This document shows positions 1 to 9,104 of a stretch of DNA of 35,739 bases, in pieces (position 1 is the first letter of the stretch; each line of letters opens with the position of its first letter). This DNA is from Candidatus Hydrogenedentota bacterium (GTDB lineage Bacteria > Hydrogenedentota > Hydrogenedentia > Hydrogenedentales > SLHB01), in NCBI GenBank assembly GCA_034408725.1, contig JAWXCN010000235.1:1-35739 (forward strand). The letters run 5' to 3'. The notes below the pieces were generated by a model, which worked only from the letters and a program-made list of their open reading frames with translations, ran no database searches and was not told the origin of the DNA. The position numbers and the translations under genes are program-made.

Positions 1-21
1 GTCACGAAGATACTTCAGTAA
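1..21 (+). CDS. tuf: 3' end of elongation factor Tu (partial)
   Basis: Reads VTKILQ*, like the EF-Tu C-terminus (...GVVTKIIE), and lies just upstream of tRNA-Trp-secE-nusG where tuf commonly sits. Only 6 codons are visible. Confidence 0.6.
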   Translation, partial: VTKILQ

Positions 22-175
22 CCGGGACGGGCGGGTTGACTTCGACTCCGTAAAAAGACAATACTAGAAAGTCTGTGGTTGAACACGGCGTTTGCGCGGA
101 AAGTGCGAAACTCCGGGGCTGGCGCCGGTGGTCCAAACCAAGGCCTGACAAATAGATATGATGATGTGGATCAAC

Positions 176-252
176 AGGGCTGTAGCTCAACTGGCTAGAG
201 CAGGGGCCTCCAAAGCCCAAGGCTGGGGGTTCGAGTCCCTCCAGCCCTGCCA
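176..252 (+). tRNA. tRNA-Trp (anticodon CCA)
   Basis: Acceptor stem AGGGCTG/CAGCCCT, D arm, anticodon loop CT-CCA-AA (208-214), T loop TTCGAGT, G73 and encoded CCA end. Canonical position before secE. Confidence 0.97.
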
Positions 253-281
253 TTTTTTGAACAGAAGGTAGCGATATACCC

Positions 282-554
282 ATGGCATCCAAACAAATAG
301 TTGCTCAGGCGGGTGGCGGTGGAAAACAACCTCCGGCGGGACCCGCCGCGGCAAAGCCCGGGTTTATTCAATCGATTCGCACGTTCATTGAAGAAGTGCA
401 GATCGAAATGAAGAAAGTCTCCTGGCCGACGCGCGGTGAATTGAAGAGTTTGACGCAGTTGGTTTTGTGGGCATTGGTGGTTTCCGGAGTTGTGTTGGGC
501 CTGTATGACATCGTTTTCATGAACCTCATGAAGCTCATCTTGCTGCTGGGCTAG
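282..554 (+). CDS. secE: Preprotein translocase subunit SecE
   Basis: EMKKVSWPTR motif followed by one TM helix; lies between tRNA-Trp and nusG. Confidence 0.96.
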   Translation: MASKQIVAQAGGGGKQPPAGPAAAKPGFIQSIRTFIEEVQIEMKKVSWPTRGELKSLTQLVLWALVVSGVVLGLYDIVFMNLMKLILLLG

Positions 555-564
555 GAGCCGTTAC

Positions 565-1227
565 GTGCCGATAGAAGAAACATCCGATACCTCATCTGAA
601 ACAACCGGATCAGATGGGTTGGATCTGGCGCAGTCCGAGCAGCCGGAAACGCCGGAACAGCCGCCTCAACCGGTAGACGACGGCATCAAGCGCCGCTGGT
701 ACGCGCTGCACGCCTATTCCGGCCAGGAAGCGAACGTGATGAAAAACCTGCTGGTCCATGCCGAGTTGGCGGGGATACGCGATTTGATTGGCCAAGTGCT
801 CGTTCCGGTCGAGGAAGTGGCAGAAATACGCGCGGGCGAGAAGAAAGTTTCGCGGCGGAAATCATATCCGGGCTATGTGTTCGTTCAATTGCCTGTCCAT
901 CCCGAAAAACACGCTGAACTTTGGCACATGGTCAAAGACGTGCCGGGCGTGAGCGGGTTTATCGGTTCACGTACCGCGCCGGTGCCGATGGAAGACGCCG
1001 AGATTCAGGCAATCCTCGAAGAGCAGCGCGGCGAACGTGAGCGCCCGAAGCCAAAGATGAAGTTCGAGCAGGGCGAGCGAGTGAAGATTATCGACGGCCC
1101 ATTCTCGAATTTCCTTGGCAACATCGATGAAATTAATCATGAGAGCGGCAAACTGAAAGTGATGGTGGAAATATTCGAACGCCTCACCAGCGTCGAAGTC
1201 GAGTTCTGGCAGGTGGAAAAAATTTAA
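565..1227 (+). CDS. nusG: Transcription termination/antitermination factor NusG (acidic N-terminal extension, GTG start)
   Basis: WYALHAYSGQE, YPGYVFV and KOW domain GERVKIIDGPF...VEIFERLTSVEVEFWQVEK; AGGAG RBS. Confidence 0.97.
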   Translation: MPIEETSDTSSETTGSDGLDLAQSEQPETPEQPPQPVDDGIKRRWYALHAYSGQEANVMKNLLVHAELAGIRDLIGQVLVPVEEVAEIRAGEKKVSRRKSYPGYVFVQLPVHPEKHAELWHMVKDVPGVSGFIGSRTAPVPMEDAEIQAILEEQRGERERPKPKMKFEQGERVKIIDGPFSNFLGNIDEINHESGKLKVMVEIFERLTSVEVEFWQVEKI

Positions 1228-1273
1228 CGCGTGATATGCCGGCGACGGCAATCCAGGATTACGGAGTAAAGAT

Positions 1274-1720
1274 ATGGGTAAGCCAGGCAAAGGCGGTCCA
1301 AAAGCCGTCAAGGCCGTTGTAAAGTTGCAGTGCCCCGCGGGCCAGGCGAATCCGGCGCCGCCGGTGGGTCCGGCATTGGGCCAGCACGGTGTGCAGATTA
1401 TGGAATTCTGCAAACAGTTCAACGAACGCACGAAGGAGCAGCAGGGCCTCATCATCCCCGCGGTGATCACCGTCTATGAAGACCGCTCTTTTACCTTCAT
1501 TACCAAAAGCCCGCCCGCGCCCGTGCTGATAAAGCGCGCGGCGAAATTGGCGAAGGCCTCCAGTGAGCCAAACAAAAACAAGGTCGGGGCAGTCACCAAG
1601 GCACAACTCCGGGAAATTGCGGAAATCAAAAAGAACGATCTGAATGCAGCTTCGACCGACGCCGCTGTCAGCATGCTTGCGGGAACAGCGCGCAGCATGG
1701 GTATTACTGTTTCCGAGTAA
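1274..1720 (+). CDS. rplK: 50S ribosomal protein L11
   Basis: [21 protein letters not shown] and GTARSMGI motifs. Confidence 0.99.
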   Translation: MGKPGKGGPKAVKAVVKLQCPAGQANPAPPVGPALGQHGVQIMEFCKQFNERTKEQQGLIIPAVITVYEDRSFTFITKSPPAPVLIKRAAKLAKASSEPNKNKVGAVTKAQLREIAEIKKNDLNAASTDAAVSMLAGTARSMGITVSE

Positions 1721-1780
1721 CGGCTGAGTTTTGCGTCTCGCGCCAGTGCGCGGGATGCCGCATATAGCAACCATCAAAAT

Positions 1781-1813
1781 GTGGGAGGGCCGCCATACGG
1801 CCCGGTGGACCAC
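1781..1813 (+). promoter_or_regulatory. Putative ribosomal protein L1 autoregulatory mRNA site
   Basis: GTGG-GAG-GGCCG-loop-CGGCC-...-CCAC stem with an internal loop abutting the rplA RBS (AGGAGG). This matches the known L1-binding leader located between rplK and rplA in many bacteria. Confidence 0.75.
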
Positions 1814-1827
1814 AGGAGGTTCCCGAA

Positions 1828-2547
1828 ATGGCTCAATTGAGCAAGCGCACTGCAGCTATTCAACAAAAGGCCCGTCAAAAACCGTACCATAGTCTTACGG
1901 AAGCCGCTGCCGGCGTGAAAGAATGCGCGACGGCGAAATTCGACGAAACTGTCGAGCTCGCGTTTTTTCTCGGCGTGGACCCGCGCCATGCGGAGCAAAT
2001 GGTGCGCGGCACCGTTTCGCTTCCACACGGCACCGGCAAGAAAGTACGCGTCATTGTGTTCTGCAAACAGGCGGAACAGCAAGCTGCCGCAAAGGAAGCG
2101 GGCGCAATGGAAGTCGGCGCGGAAGACCTCGTGGCGAAAGTTAGCGGGGGTTGGACAGATTTTGACGTGGCGGTCGCCGCGCCCGACATGATGGGTGAAG
2201 TCGGAAAGCTCGGTAGAGTGCTCGGTCCGCGGGGGCTCATGCCCAGCCCAAAAGCCGGCACGGTCACTCCAAAGGTCGGCGACGCGGTCCGTGAAATTCA
2301 AAAAGGCAAAATTGATTTTCGCGTAGACAAAAACGCGAACATGCACGTGCCCGTCGGCAAGGCATCATTTACCGCGCAGCAGATCGAAGAGAATGCCGCA
2401 GTCGTGATCAGCGCGGTCGTCAAGGCCCGGCCGTCCGCGTGCAAAGGCGCCTATCTGAAATCTTGCACCATCAGCAGCACCATGGGCCCCGGGTTCCGTC
2501 TCGACACGGGCGTCCTTGTTGGGCAAATGGGCAAAGCAAGCGAATAA
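1828..2547 (+). CDS. rplA: 50S ribosomal protein L1
   Basis: [36 protein letters not shown] and STMGPG motifs. Confidence 0.99.
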   Translation: MAQLSKRTAAIQQKARQKPYHSLTEAAAGVKECATAKFDETVELAFFLGVDPRHAEQMVRGTVSLPHGTGKKVRVIVFCKQAEQQAAAKEAGAMEVGAEDLVAKVSGGWTDFDVAVAAPDMMGEVGKLGRVLGPRGLMPSPKAGTVTPKVGDAVREIQKGKIDFRVDKNANMHVPVGKASFTAQQIEENAAVVISAVVKARPSACKGAYLKSCTISSTMGPGFRLDTGVLVGQMGKASE

Positions 2548-2577
2548 CGCAAAACTCGACAGGAGCGCACATTTCTC

Positions 2578-3738
2578 ATGGGCCGCAGCATATTGTTCAC
2601 ATCCGAATCGGTCACCGAAGGCCATCCTGATAAAGTTGCCGACGCCGTTTCCGACGCCGTGCTTGACGCGATGCTCGAGCAGGACCCCAACAGCCGCGTT
2701 GCATGCGAAACATTGGTAAACACGGGCATTTGCGTCGTCGCGGGTGAGATTACGTCCAGCGCCGTCGTCGATATACCCGCCGTTGCGCGAAAGGCCATCA
2801 CGGATATCGGGTACACGGGCGGCGATTCCGGCTATGACGGCGCCTCGTGCGGCATTATCGTCAACCTGGACAAACAGTCCCCGGACATTTCGCAGGGCGT
2901 TACGGCAACGGACGATCACGAACAGGGCGCGGGCGATCAGGGCATGATGTTTGGCTACGCAACGAACGAAACGCCGGAACTGATGCCGCTCCCGATCTCG
3001 CTTGCGCACAAACTCGGCCAGTGCCTCTCGGCGCTTCGCCACAGCGGCGAACTCAAGTGGCTTCAACCCGATGGCAAATCGCAGGTGACTGTCGAATACG
3101 TGGACAATAAACCGGTCCGCGTGGACACCGTCGTGATTTCAAACCAGCACTCACCGAGCGTGGCGTTGGAAGAACTTCAGCGCGAGATCATTAAACGCTG
3201 CATCGAGCCCACGATTCCGAAGAACATGGTAAATGGCTCGATCAAGTATCACATCAATCCAACCGGACGCTTCGTTGTCGGCGGACCTGTCGGCGACAGC
3301 GGCCTCACGGGGCGCAAGATTATTGTTGATACCTACGGCGGAATGGGACGCCACGGCGGTGGCGCGTTCAGCGGCAAGGACCCGTCGAAGGTGGACCGTT
3401 CGGCCGCGTACATGGCGCGCTATATCGCGAAGAACGTTGTTGCGGGTGGTCTCGCAGATCGTTGCGAAGTGCAGTTGGCCTATGCCATCGGTGTCGCAAA
3501 GCCGGTGTCGATCAATGTGCAAACCTTCGGCACTTCCAAAATAGATGAAGAAAAAATCAGTAAGATATTAATGGACCACTTCGATTGCCGGCCCGCGAAC
3601 ATTATCAAATTGCTCGATCTGAAAAAACCCATCTACCGCAAGACTGTCGCCTACGGTCACTTCGGCCGCGAAAACCAGGGCTTCAAATGGGAGTTGACGG
3701 ACCAGGCTGACGCTTTGAGGACGAAGGCGGGATTGTAG
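2578..3738 (+). CDS. metK: S-adenosylmethionine synthetase
   Basis: [35 protein letters not shown] and YGHFGR motifs. Confidence 0.99.
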   Translation: MGRSILFTSESVTEGHPDKVADAVSDAVLDAMLEQDPNSRVACETLVNTGICVVAGEITSSAVVDIPAVARKAITDIGYTGGDSGYDGASCGIIVNLDKQSPDISQGVTATDDHEQGAGDQGMMFGYATNETPELMPLPISLAHKLGQCLSALRHSGELKWLQPDGKSQVTVEYVDNKPVRVDTVVISNQHSPSVALEELQREIIKRCIEPTIPKNMVNGSIKYHINPTGRFVVGGPVGDSGLTGRKIIVDTYGGMGRHGGGAFSGKDPSKVDRSAAYMARYIAKNVVAGGLADRCEVQLAYAIGVAKPVSINVQTFGTSKIDEEKISKILMDHFDCRPANIIKLLDLKKPIYRKTVAYGHFGRENQGFKWELTDQADALRTKAGL

Positions 3739-3765
3739 TTCTAAAACGCGGTACGTCTTTTCCTA

Positions 3766-3800
3766 AGCGCCCGGCGGTTTCGCAGGGCGCGTTTTCTTTT
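3766..3800 (+). terminator. Intrinsic terminator after metK
   Basis: GCGCCC...GGGCGC stem followed by GTTTTCTTTT. Confidence 0.65.
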
Positions 3801-3857
3801 GTCCACTTCGTCCACGCGATCTAACTACCCCGAATCTGCCGGCAACGGCGCGACAGA

Positions 3858-4598
3858 CTAAAACCGCACATAAACCTGCTTCGTATGCGATACGTCCACG
3901 GGCTGAGCAGGGCCGGCTTGGCTTTGCATGCTCGCGAATTCCTGTTCGGCATGTCTTGCAAGGCCTTCCACTCCACTCTCGACGGCCTCGCCCTTCCAGA
4001 CATCAACAATGACGTGTTCCGGGCCGCAGCGCCACGCGCTCACTTCAATCGCGAAGATTCGTTGCGCGGACACAAAATAGACATTCCCTGTCAAGACGGT
4101 AAGGGCATCTTTCATGCCCTCTGATTCGATGCGCGCGCGCACGCCTCCAAATGCAAGCAGCCTGACGTCTTCCCAATGCACGCCGATGCGTTCCATTTCG
4201 GCCCGCAACGCGCGCAACGCGGTGAGTTGGTCTTTCGCGTTGCCCGTCGTGTCCGTCGAGGCCAGCCCAAAGACTTCCCGTTCCTCCGCCTGCACGAGCC
4301 GCGCGCCGCGAGCGCTCTCGGCACAGGCTTCCAAAGCACCCGAGCCATCGCCCTTCGCCAAGCCAGCGATAAATGATTCGGACATCCGTTCGATCGACCG
4401 CTTCTCACCGCCGAGAAAGCCCGCGCCGGAAGCGAATGCGGCACTGATCGCAACGACGCCGGCGACAAGGACAATGGCCGCGGAGATGCGGAGCACTTTT
4501 GCTCCGGTACGCGGCTGCGCGCGCCGAACGTAGGTTGGCATGTGGTTTGCGAAAACATCGCGCTCGAATTCGAGCCGTTTGCCTGGAATGTGCGACAT
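3858..4598 (-). CDS. Hypothetical single-TM/exported protein (start uncertain: 4631, 4598 or 4541)
   Basis: Long ORF filling the gap between metK and the acylase gene, with one hydrophobic segment (ISAAIVLVAGVVAISAAFA) and no recognised motif. Confidence 0.7.
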   Translation of the reverse strand: MSHIPGKRLEFERDVFANHMPTYVRRAQPRTGAKVLRISAAIVLVAGVVAISAAFASGAGFLGGEKRSIERMSESFIAGLAKGDGSGALEACAESARGARLVQAEEREVFGLASTDTTGNAKDQLTALRALRAEMERIGVHWEDVRLLAFGGVRARIESEGMKDALTVLTGNVYFVSAQRIFAIEVSAWRCGPEHVIVDVWKGEAVESGVEGLARHAEQEFASMQSQAGPAQPVDVSHTKQVYVRF

Positions 4599-4842
4599 CG
4601 TTTGTACTGCGTCTCGTATTCTCGATTTCATGGAAAAGCTGGCAGTTAGAGTACCGCAGGCATCCCCGGTGATCAAGCCATAATCACACAATCCATTGGG
4701 GCGCTATGCAGTTTATCTACAAAATAGCTGGTAAGTTCCATCAACTTCTGACAACTCAGCGGATTTCGCCTTGTGTTTTCCGCCTCTCTGCGGCATGCTG
4801 GCGATCCTGCGGGTGAACTCGGTCAAGAGGGAGTCAGTGCAA

Positions 4843-7008
4843 ATGCGCAAGTTGATTGGAATTTTCGTCATTCTCGTCGTGCTGCTGGGCGGCTTCTTTC
4901 TGTTCTCTTCGGCGAGTGGGCCATCCGTCGCGGAGTTTCGTGGTCTGGGCGCGAAATACAGCGTAAAAATTTTGCGCGACACCTGGGGCGTGCCGCATAT
5001 CTACGGAAAAACTGACGCAGATACCGCGTTTGGCCTGGCGTATGCCCACGCGGAGGATGACATGCCCACCACAATCGACGCGTTGTTGGCTGCGCGCGGG
5101 CAACTTGCGTCTGTCAAGGGCAAGGACAGCGCGCCAATCGATTTCATGGTGAACCTGTTGCGGGTATGGGATGACATAGACGCGAAATATGAAACGGACC
5201 TTTCGCCAGAGACCCGCGCGATTTGCGAAGCATACGCCAACGGTTTGAACTATTACGCGGCATTGCACGAGTCGGAAGTACCGGGTCATTTGCTGCCGTT
5301 TACCGGCAAGGACGTTGTCGCCGGCTTCGTCTTCAAAGGGCCTTTTTTCTACGGATTGGACAACGCGGTGCAAGAGTTGTTCGGGCCAGAGCGTAAACGC
5401 AGTGTGTCGGAAAAGAATCCCGCGCAGGCGACCGCGGATTTTCTGTACAGCGAGCTCGAGATCGGATCGAACACGTTTGCCGTGAGCCCAAAACGATCGG
5501 CGGATGGAAGCACGTTTCTAAACATCAATTCGCATCAGCCGTGGGAAGGCCCCGTTGCGTGGTATGAAGCCCACCTGCACAGCGAACAGGGTTGGGACAT
5601 CGTGGGCGGCACTTTTCCCGGCGCGCCGCTCATTCTACATGGCCACAACCGCGACCTCGGCTGGGCGCATACGGTAAACAAACCGGACCTCATTGACGTT
5701 TATGTGCTCGACATTAATCCCGAGAATCCGAACCAGTACAAGTTTGACGGCCAATGGAAAGACCTTGAAGAACGGACTGCGAAAATTAAGGTAAAGATTC
5801 TTGGGCCAATCTCGTGGACTGTCAAGCGCCCCGTCTATTGGTCGGTCTATGGGCCGACCCTAAAACAGGATCACGGGACCTACGCCATTCGTTACGCAAA
5901 CATGGGCGACATCCGTCAAGCGGAACAATGGTATCGAATGGGGAAGGCGAAAAACTTCGCGGAATGGAAGAACGCGATGGCCATGCAATCGGTAGCATCG
6001 CTCAATTGCGGCTACGCGGACCGCGAGGGCAACATCTATTATCTCTACAATGCGAAACTGCCGAAGCGCGCGGAGGGATACGATTGGAAACAGTACCTGC
6101 CGGGTGATACTTCGGAAACCTTGTGGACCGAATTCTATACGGTGGAAGAAAACCCGCAGGTGCTGAATCCCGAAAGCGGGTTCGTGCTGAATTGCAACAG
6201 CACGCCGTTTAAGGCGACAGCGGATGGCGAGAACCCACTTGAATCGGAATTCGCGAAGAGCATGGGCATCGAAACCCACATGACCAACCGCGGGTTGCGC
6301 GCGATGGAATTGTTGAGCGCGGACACGTCGATCACTGAACACGAATTTATCGAATACAAGTACGACATGGCCTATTCAGCGGATTCGGAAATCGCCAAGG
6401 GCTGGAAGCGAATCGCGGAAGCTGAATTGCCGGATGACCCCATTATCAAGGAGGCGCTCGAGGTTTGGAAGAAATGGGACCTGAAGGTGAATCCGGAGAA
6501 TACTTCCGCCGCGATTTGCGTGTTGACGATTGGGCCGGGATCGGATAATGATCCGCGCGCGGAAGACATCGCGAAAACATTCGAGTTGATCAAAAACACG
6601 TCCATCGCGCTGAAACTGGCGCATGGAAAAATCGATGTGCCGTGGAGCGAAGTCAATCGGCTTCGGCGCGGCGACATTGACATGGGCCTCGGTGGCGGGC
6701 CCGATATTCTCCATGCTGTATATGGTTCGCGCGTTGTAGATGGAAAAGTAGATGGGCTTGAGAATGGTGAAATCTACGGCCGGGCCGGCGATTGCTACGT
6801 GCTTCTCGCGACGTGGGACAAGGATGGCAAAGTGCGTTCGCAAAGCATTCATCAATACGGCAGCGCGAGCGTCCGCACCAATTCAAAACACTACGCAGAC
6901 CAGGCGCCGCTGTTCTGCAAACGCGAACTCAAACCGGTGTGGCTCGATGAAGCCGACATCCGCGCGAATTTGCAAAGTGAGTATAAACCGGGTGAAGAAA
7001 TGATTTGA
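4843..7008 (+). CDS. Penicillin acylase family (Ntn-hydrolase, peptidase S45; AHL/GL-7-ACA acylase-like) protein
   Basis: N-terminal TM/signal, RDTWGVPHIYG, FGLAYAHAED, catalytic GSNTFAV (beta-chain Ser) and INSHQPW. Confidence 0.93.
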   Translation: MRKLIGIFVILVVLLGGFFLFSSASGPSVAEFRGLGAKYSVKILRDTWGVPHIYGKTDADTAFGLAYAHAEDDMPTTIDALLAARGQLASVKGKDSAPIDFMVNLLRVWDDIDAKYETDLSPETRAICEAYANGLNYYAALHESEVPGHLLPFTGKDVVAGFVFKGPFFYGLDNAVQELFGPERKRSVSEKNPAQATADFLYSELEIGSNTFAVSPKRSADGSTFLNINSHQPWEGPVAWYEAHLHSEQGWDIVGGTFPGAPLILHGHNRDLGWAHTVNKPDLIDVYVLDINPENPNQYKFDGQWKDLEERTAKIKVKILGPISWTVKRPVYWSVYGPTLKQDHGTYAIRYANMGDIRQAEQWYRMGKAKNFAEWKNAMAMQSVASLNCGYADREGNIYYLYNAKLPKRAEGYDWKQYLPGDTSETLWTEFYTVEENPQVLNPESGFVLNCNSTPFKATADGENPLESEFAKSMGIETHMTNRGLRAMELLSADTSITEHEFIEYKYDMAYSADSEIAKGWKRIAEAELPDDPIIKEALEVWKKWDLKVNPENTSAAICVLTIGPGSDNDPRAEDIAKTFELIKNTSIALKLAHGKIDVPWSEVNRLRRGDIDMGLGGGPDILHAVYGSRVVDGKVDGLENGEIYGRAGDCYVLLATWDKDGKVRSQSIHQYGSASVRTNSKHYADQAPLFCKRELKPVWLDEADIRANLQSEYKPGEEMI

Positions 7009-7009
7009 C

Positions 7010-7115
7010 GGGAGGGCGCGCGTCCTCGCGCACCGGGTGGGCCGCAATCAGGGGCGCGCCGGGGACGGCGGAATCATGCAAATAGAATCAAGCGCGCGGG
7101 GACGCGCGCCCTCCC
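7010..7115. repeat. Inverted pair of REP-like GGGAGGGCGCGCGTCCYCGCGC palindromes (REPIN-like)
   Basis: Copy at 7010-7031 and an inverted copy at 7092-7115; a related third copy lies at 28827-28853. Confidence 0.75.
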
Positions 7116-8380
7116 TGAAACGCCTTCTTGCCGATGTCGCTCCGGTAGTGCGCGTTCTTGAAGTGAACGTGTGAAACCGCGCCGTAGGCGCTGACGATTG
7201 CTCCGCGAATATCCCCCCCGACCGCCGTAACATTCAGCACTCTCCCACCGTTGGTGAGCACCTGTCCTCCGCTCTGTTTTGTGCTTGCGTGAAACACTTT
7301 GACGGATTCGTGCTCTTCCGCGGTGGCGATGCCGGTGATGGGAAAGCCTTTCTCGAACGGACCGGGATACCCGCCCGATGCCATGACGACGCTGACGCAG
7401 GTATTCTCGGACCACTTGATTGCGGCGGAGCCGAGTGTGCCCGCGCAGCACGCCAAAAGGATCGGCACGATATCGGATTCGAGCAGCGGCAAGACCACCT
7501 GCGTTTCAGGGTCCCCAAAGCGGCAATTGAACTCGATCACTTTTGGCCCTTGCGCGGTAATCATCAAGCCGGCATACAGCACGCCCCGGTATGGCGCGTC
7601 TTCCGAGGCCATGCCGTCAATACAGGGTTGGAGCACAGTCCTTGCGATTTCACTGAGCAAGCCTGCGGGAACGACCGGCGCTGGCGCGTACGCTCCCATG
7701 CCTCCGGTGTTTGGGCCTGTGTCGCCATCGTTTGCCGACTTGTGATCCTGGCTCGGAATCATTGGCACGACGGTGCGGCCATCGCAGAACGCGAGGATGG
7801 ATGCTTCCTCGCCGATCAGGCACTCTTCGATCACGATGGTGTTGCCTGCGTCACCGAATACCTTGTCGGACATCATTGCGCGAATCGCGGCTATTGCTTC
7901 TTCAACCGTTTGCGCGACCGTCACGCCCTTGCCCGCGGCAAGGCCATCGGCTTTGATTACAATCGGCGCGCCCTGTTGCTTCACGTAGCCGATGGCGTCG
8001 TCAACATCCGTGAAACTGGCGTAGCGCGATGTCGGAATGCCGTACTTCGCCATGATCTGTTTGGCGAATGCCTTGCTCGCCTCCAACTCCGCGGCGGCTT
8101 TTGATGGACCGAATATTTTCAGTCCGCGCTGCTCGAATACATCAACAATGCCGCGGGACAACGGGTCTTCGGGACCGACAACAGTGAGGCCAATGTTTTC
8201 GGACTCCGCAAACAACGCAAGTGCGTCCACGTCCGACGCCGCGATATCAACGCACTCCGCCAGATCGGCGATGCCGGGATTCCCCGGCGCGCAATACAAC
8301 TTCGTGACGAGGGGGCTCTGCGCAGTTTTCCACACGAGGGCATGCTCGCGTCCGCCTCCCCCGACGACTAATACCTTCAT
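7088..8380 (-). CDS. purD: Phosphoribosylamine-glycine ligase
   Basis: MKVLVVGGGGREHAL, KADGLAAGKGV, GPNTGGMGAY, EFNCRFGDPETQ and TNGGRVL motifs. Confidence 0.98.
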   Translation of the reverse strand: MKVLVVGGGGREHALVWKTAQSPLVTKLYCAPGNPGIADLAECVDIAASDVDALALFAESENIGLTVVGPEDPLSRGIVDVFEQRGLKIFGPSKAAAELEASKAFAKQIMAKYGIPTSRYASFTDVDDAIGYVKQQGAPIVIKADGLAAGKGVTVAQTVEEAIAAIRAMMSDKVFGDAGNTIVIEECLIGEEASILAFCDGRTVVPMIPSQDHKSANDGDTGPNTGGMGAYAPAPVVPAGLLSEIARTVLQPCIDGMASEDAPYRGVLYAGLMITAQGPKVIEFNCRFGDPETQVVLPLLESDIVPILLACCAGTLGSAAIKWSENTCVSVVMASGGYPGPFEKGFPITGIATAEEHESVKVFHASTKQSGGQVLTNGGRVLNVTAVGGDIRGAIVSAYGAVSHVHFKNAHYRSDIGKKAFQGGRASPRA

Positions 8381-8384
8381 GCGG

Positions 8385-8990
8385 CTATTCTTCCCCCGGC
8401 TCAATGCGTTTTAGGTAGTCGGCGATAAGCTGATCATAGCGCGCAGTTGCCGCAAACGCCTCTTGTGCGAGACGAAAACGGGTCTTGAATGTAATCTCGC
8501 CATCGTGCGCGCGCAGTTCGTGCATGATCGTGCTGTACCGTTCCGGGTTGACCACACAGGTGACGTATCGGAAATTTTTCGCGGCGGACCTCAGCATGGC
8601 CATGCCGCCGATATCGATCTGTTCAATGACTTCTTCGGTGGTGACGCCGGGGCGTTGCAGCACGTCTTCGACCGGATGAAGGTTCACGGCGCAAAAATCA
8701 ATCCATTCGTAAGACGCCGCACGCAATTGTTCGACATGCAGTTTTCGAGTACGGATGCCGAGCAAGCCCGCGTGGATTTTTGAGTGGAGGGATTTCACGC
8801 GGCCATCCATCATCTCGGCTACTCCGGTGTATTCGCCCATGCCAATGGCTTCGACGCCCGCCTCGCGGAGGACCTGGAGCGTGCCCGCCGTGCTGATGAT
8901 CTCGACGTCAAACTCGCGCAGCAACGTCGCGAGTTCGACCACGCCGGTCTTGTCGTGGCAACTGAGAATCGCACGGGAAATTTTGGCCAT
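8385..8990 (-). CDS. Stand-alone IMP cyclohydrolase (MGS-like, PurH N-terminal) domain protein
   Basis: RAILSCHDKTG, GRVKSLH, IDIGG and RSAAKNF; ends after the TARYD..IADYL helix with no AICAR transformylase domain. Confidence 0.88.
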   Translation of the reverse strand: MAKISRAILSCHDKTGVVELATLLREFDVEIISTAGTLQVLREAGVEAIGMGEYTGVAEMMDGRVKSLHSKIHAGLLGIRTRKLHVEQLRAASYEWIDFCAVNLHPVEDVLQRPGVTTEEVIEQIDIGGMAMLRSAAKNFRYVTCVVNPERYSTIMHELRAHDGEITFKTRFRLAQEAFAATARYDQLIADYLKRIEPGEE

Positions 8991-9104
8991 GATGCGTAAC
9001 TCCACCCGCTGTGACCCGCACAGGGACGAAAAGTATACCGCAGCGGCCATCGGCGGCGCGATTTGTCAGGTAGGAAAGCAAAGCCATCTTCAGATACCCG
9101 GCAG

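Noticed and set aside
2548-2577. SAM riboswitch upstream of metK
   Set aside because: Only 30 nt separate rplA and metK.
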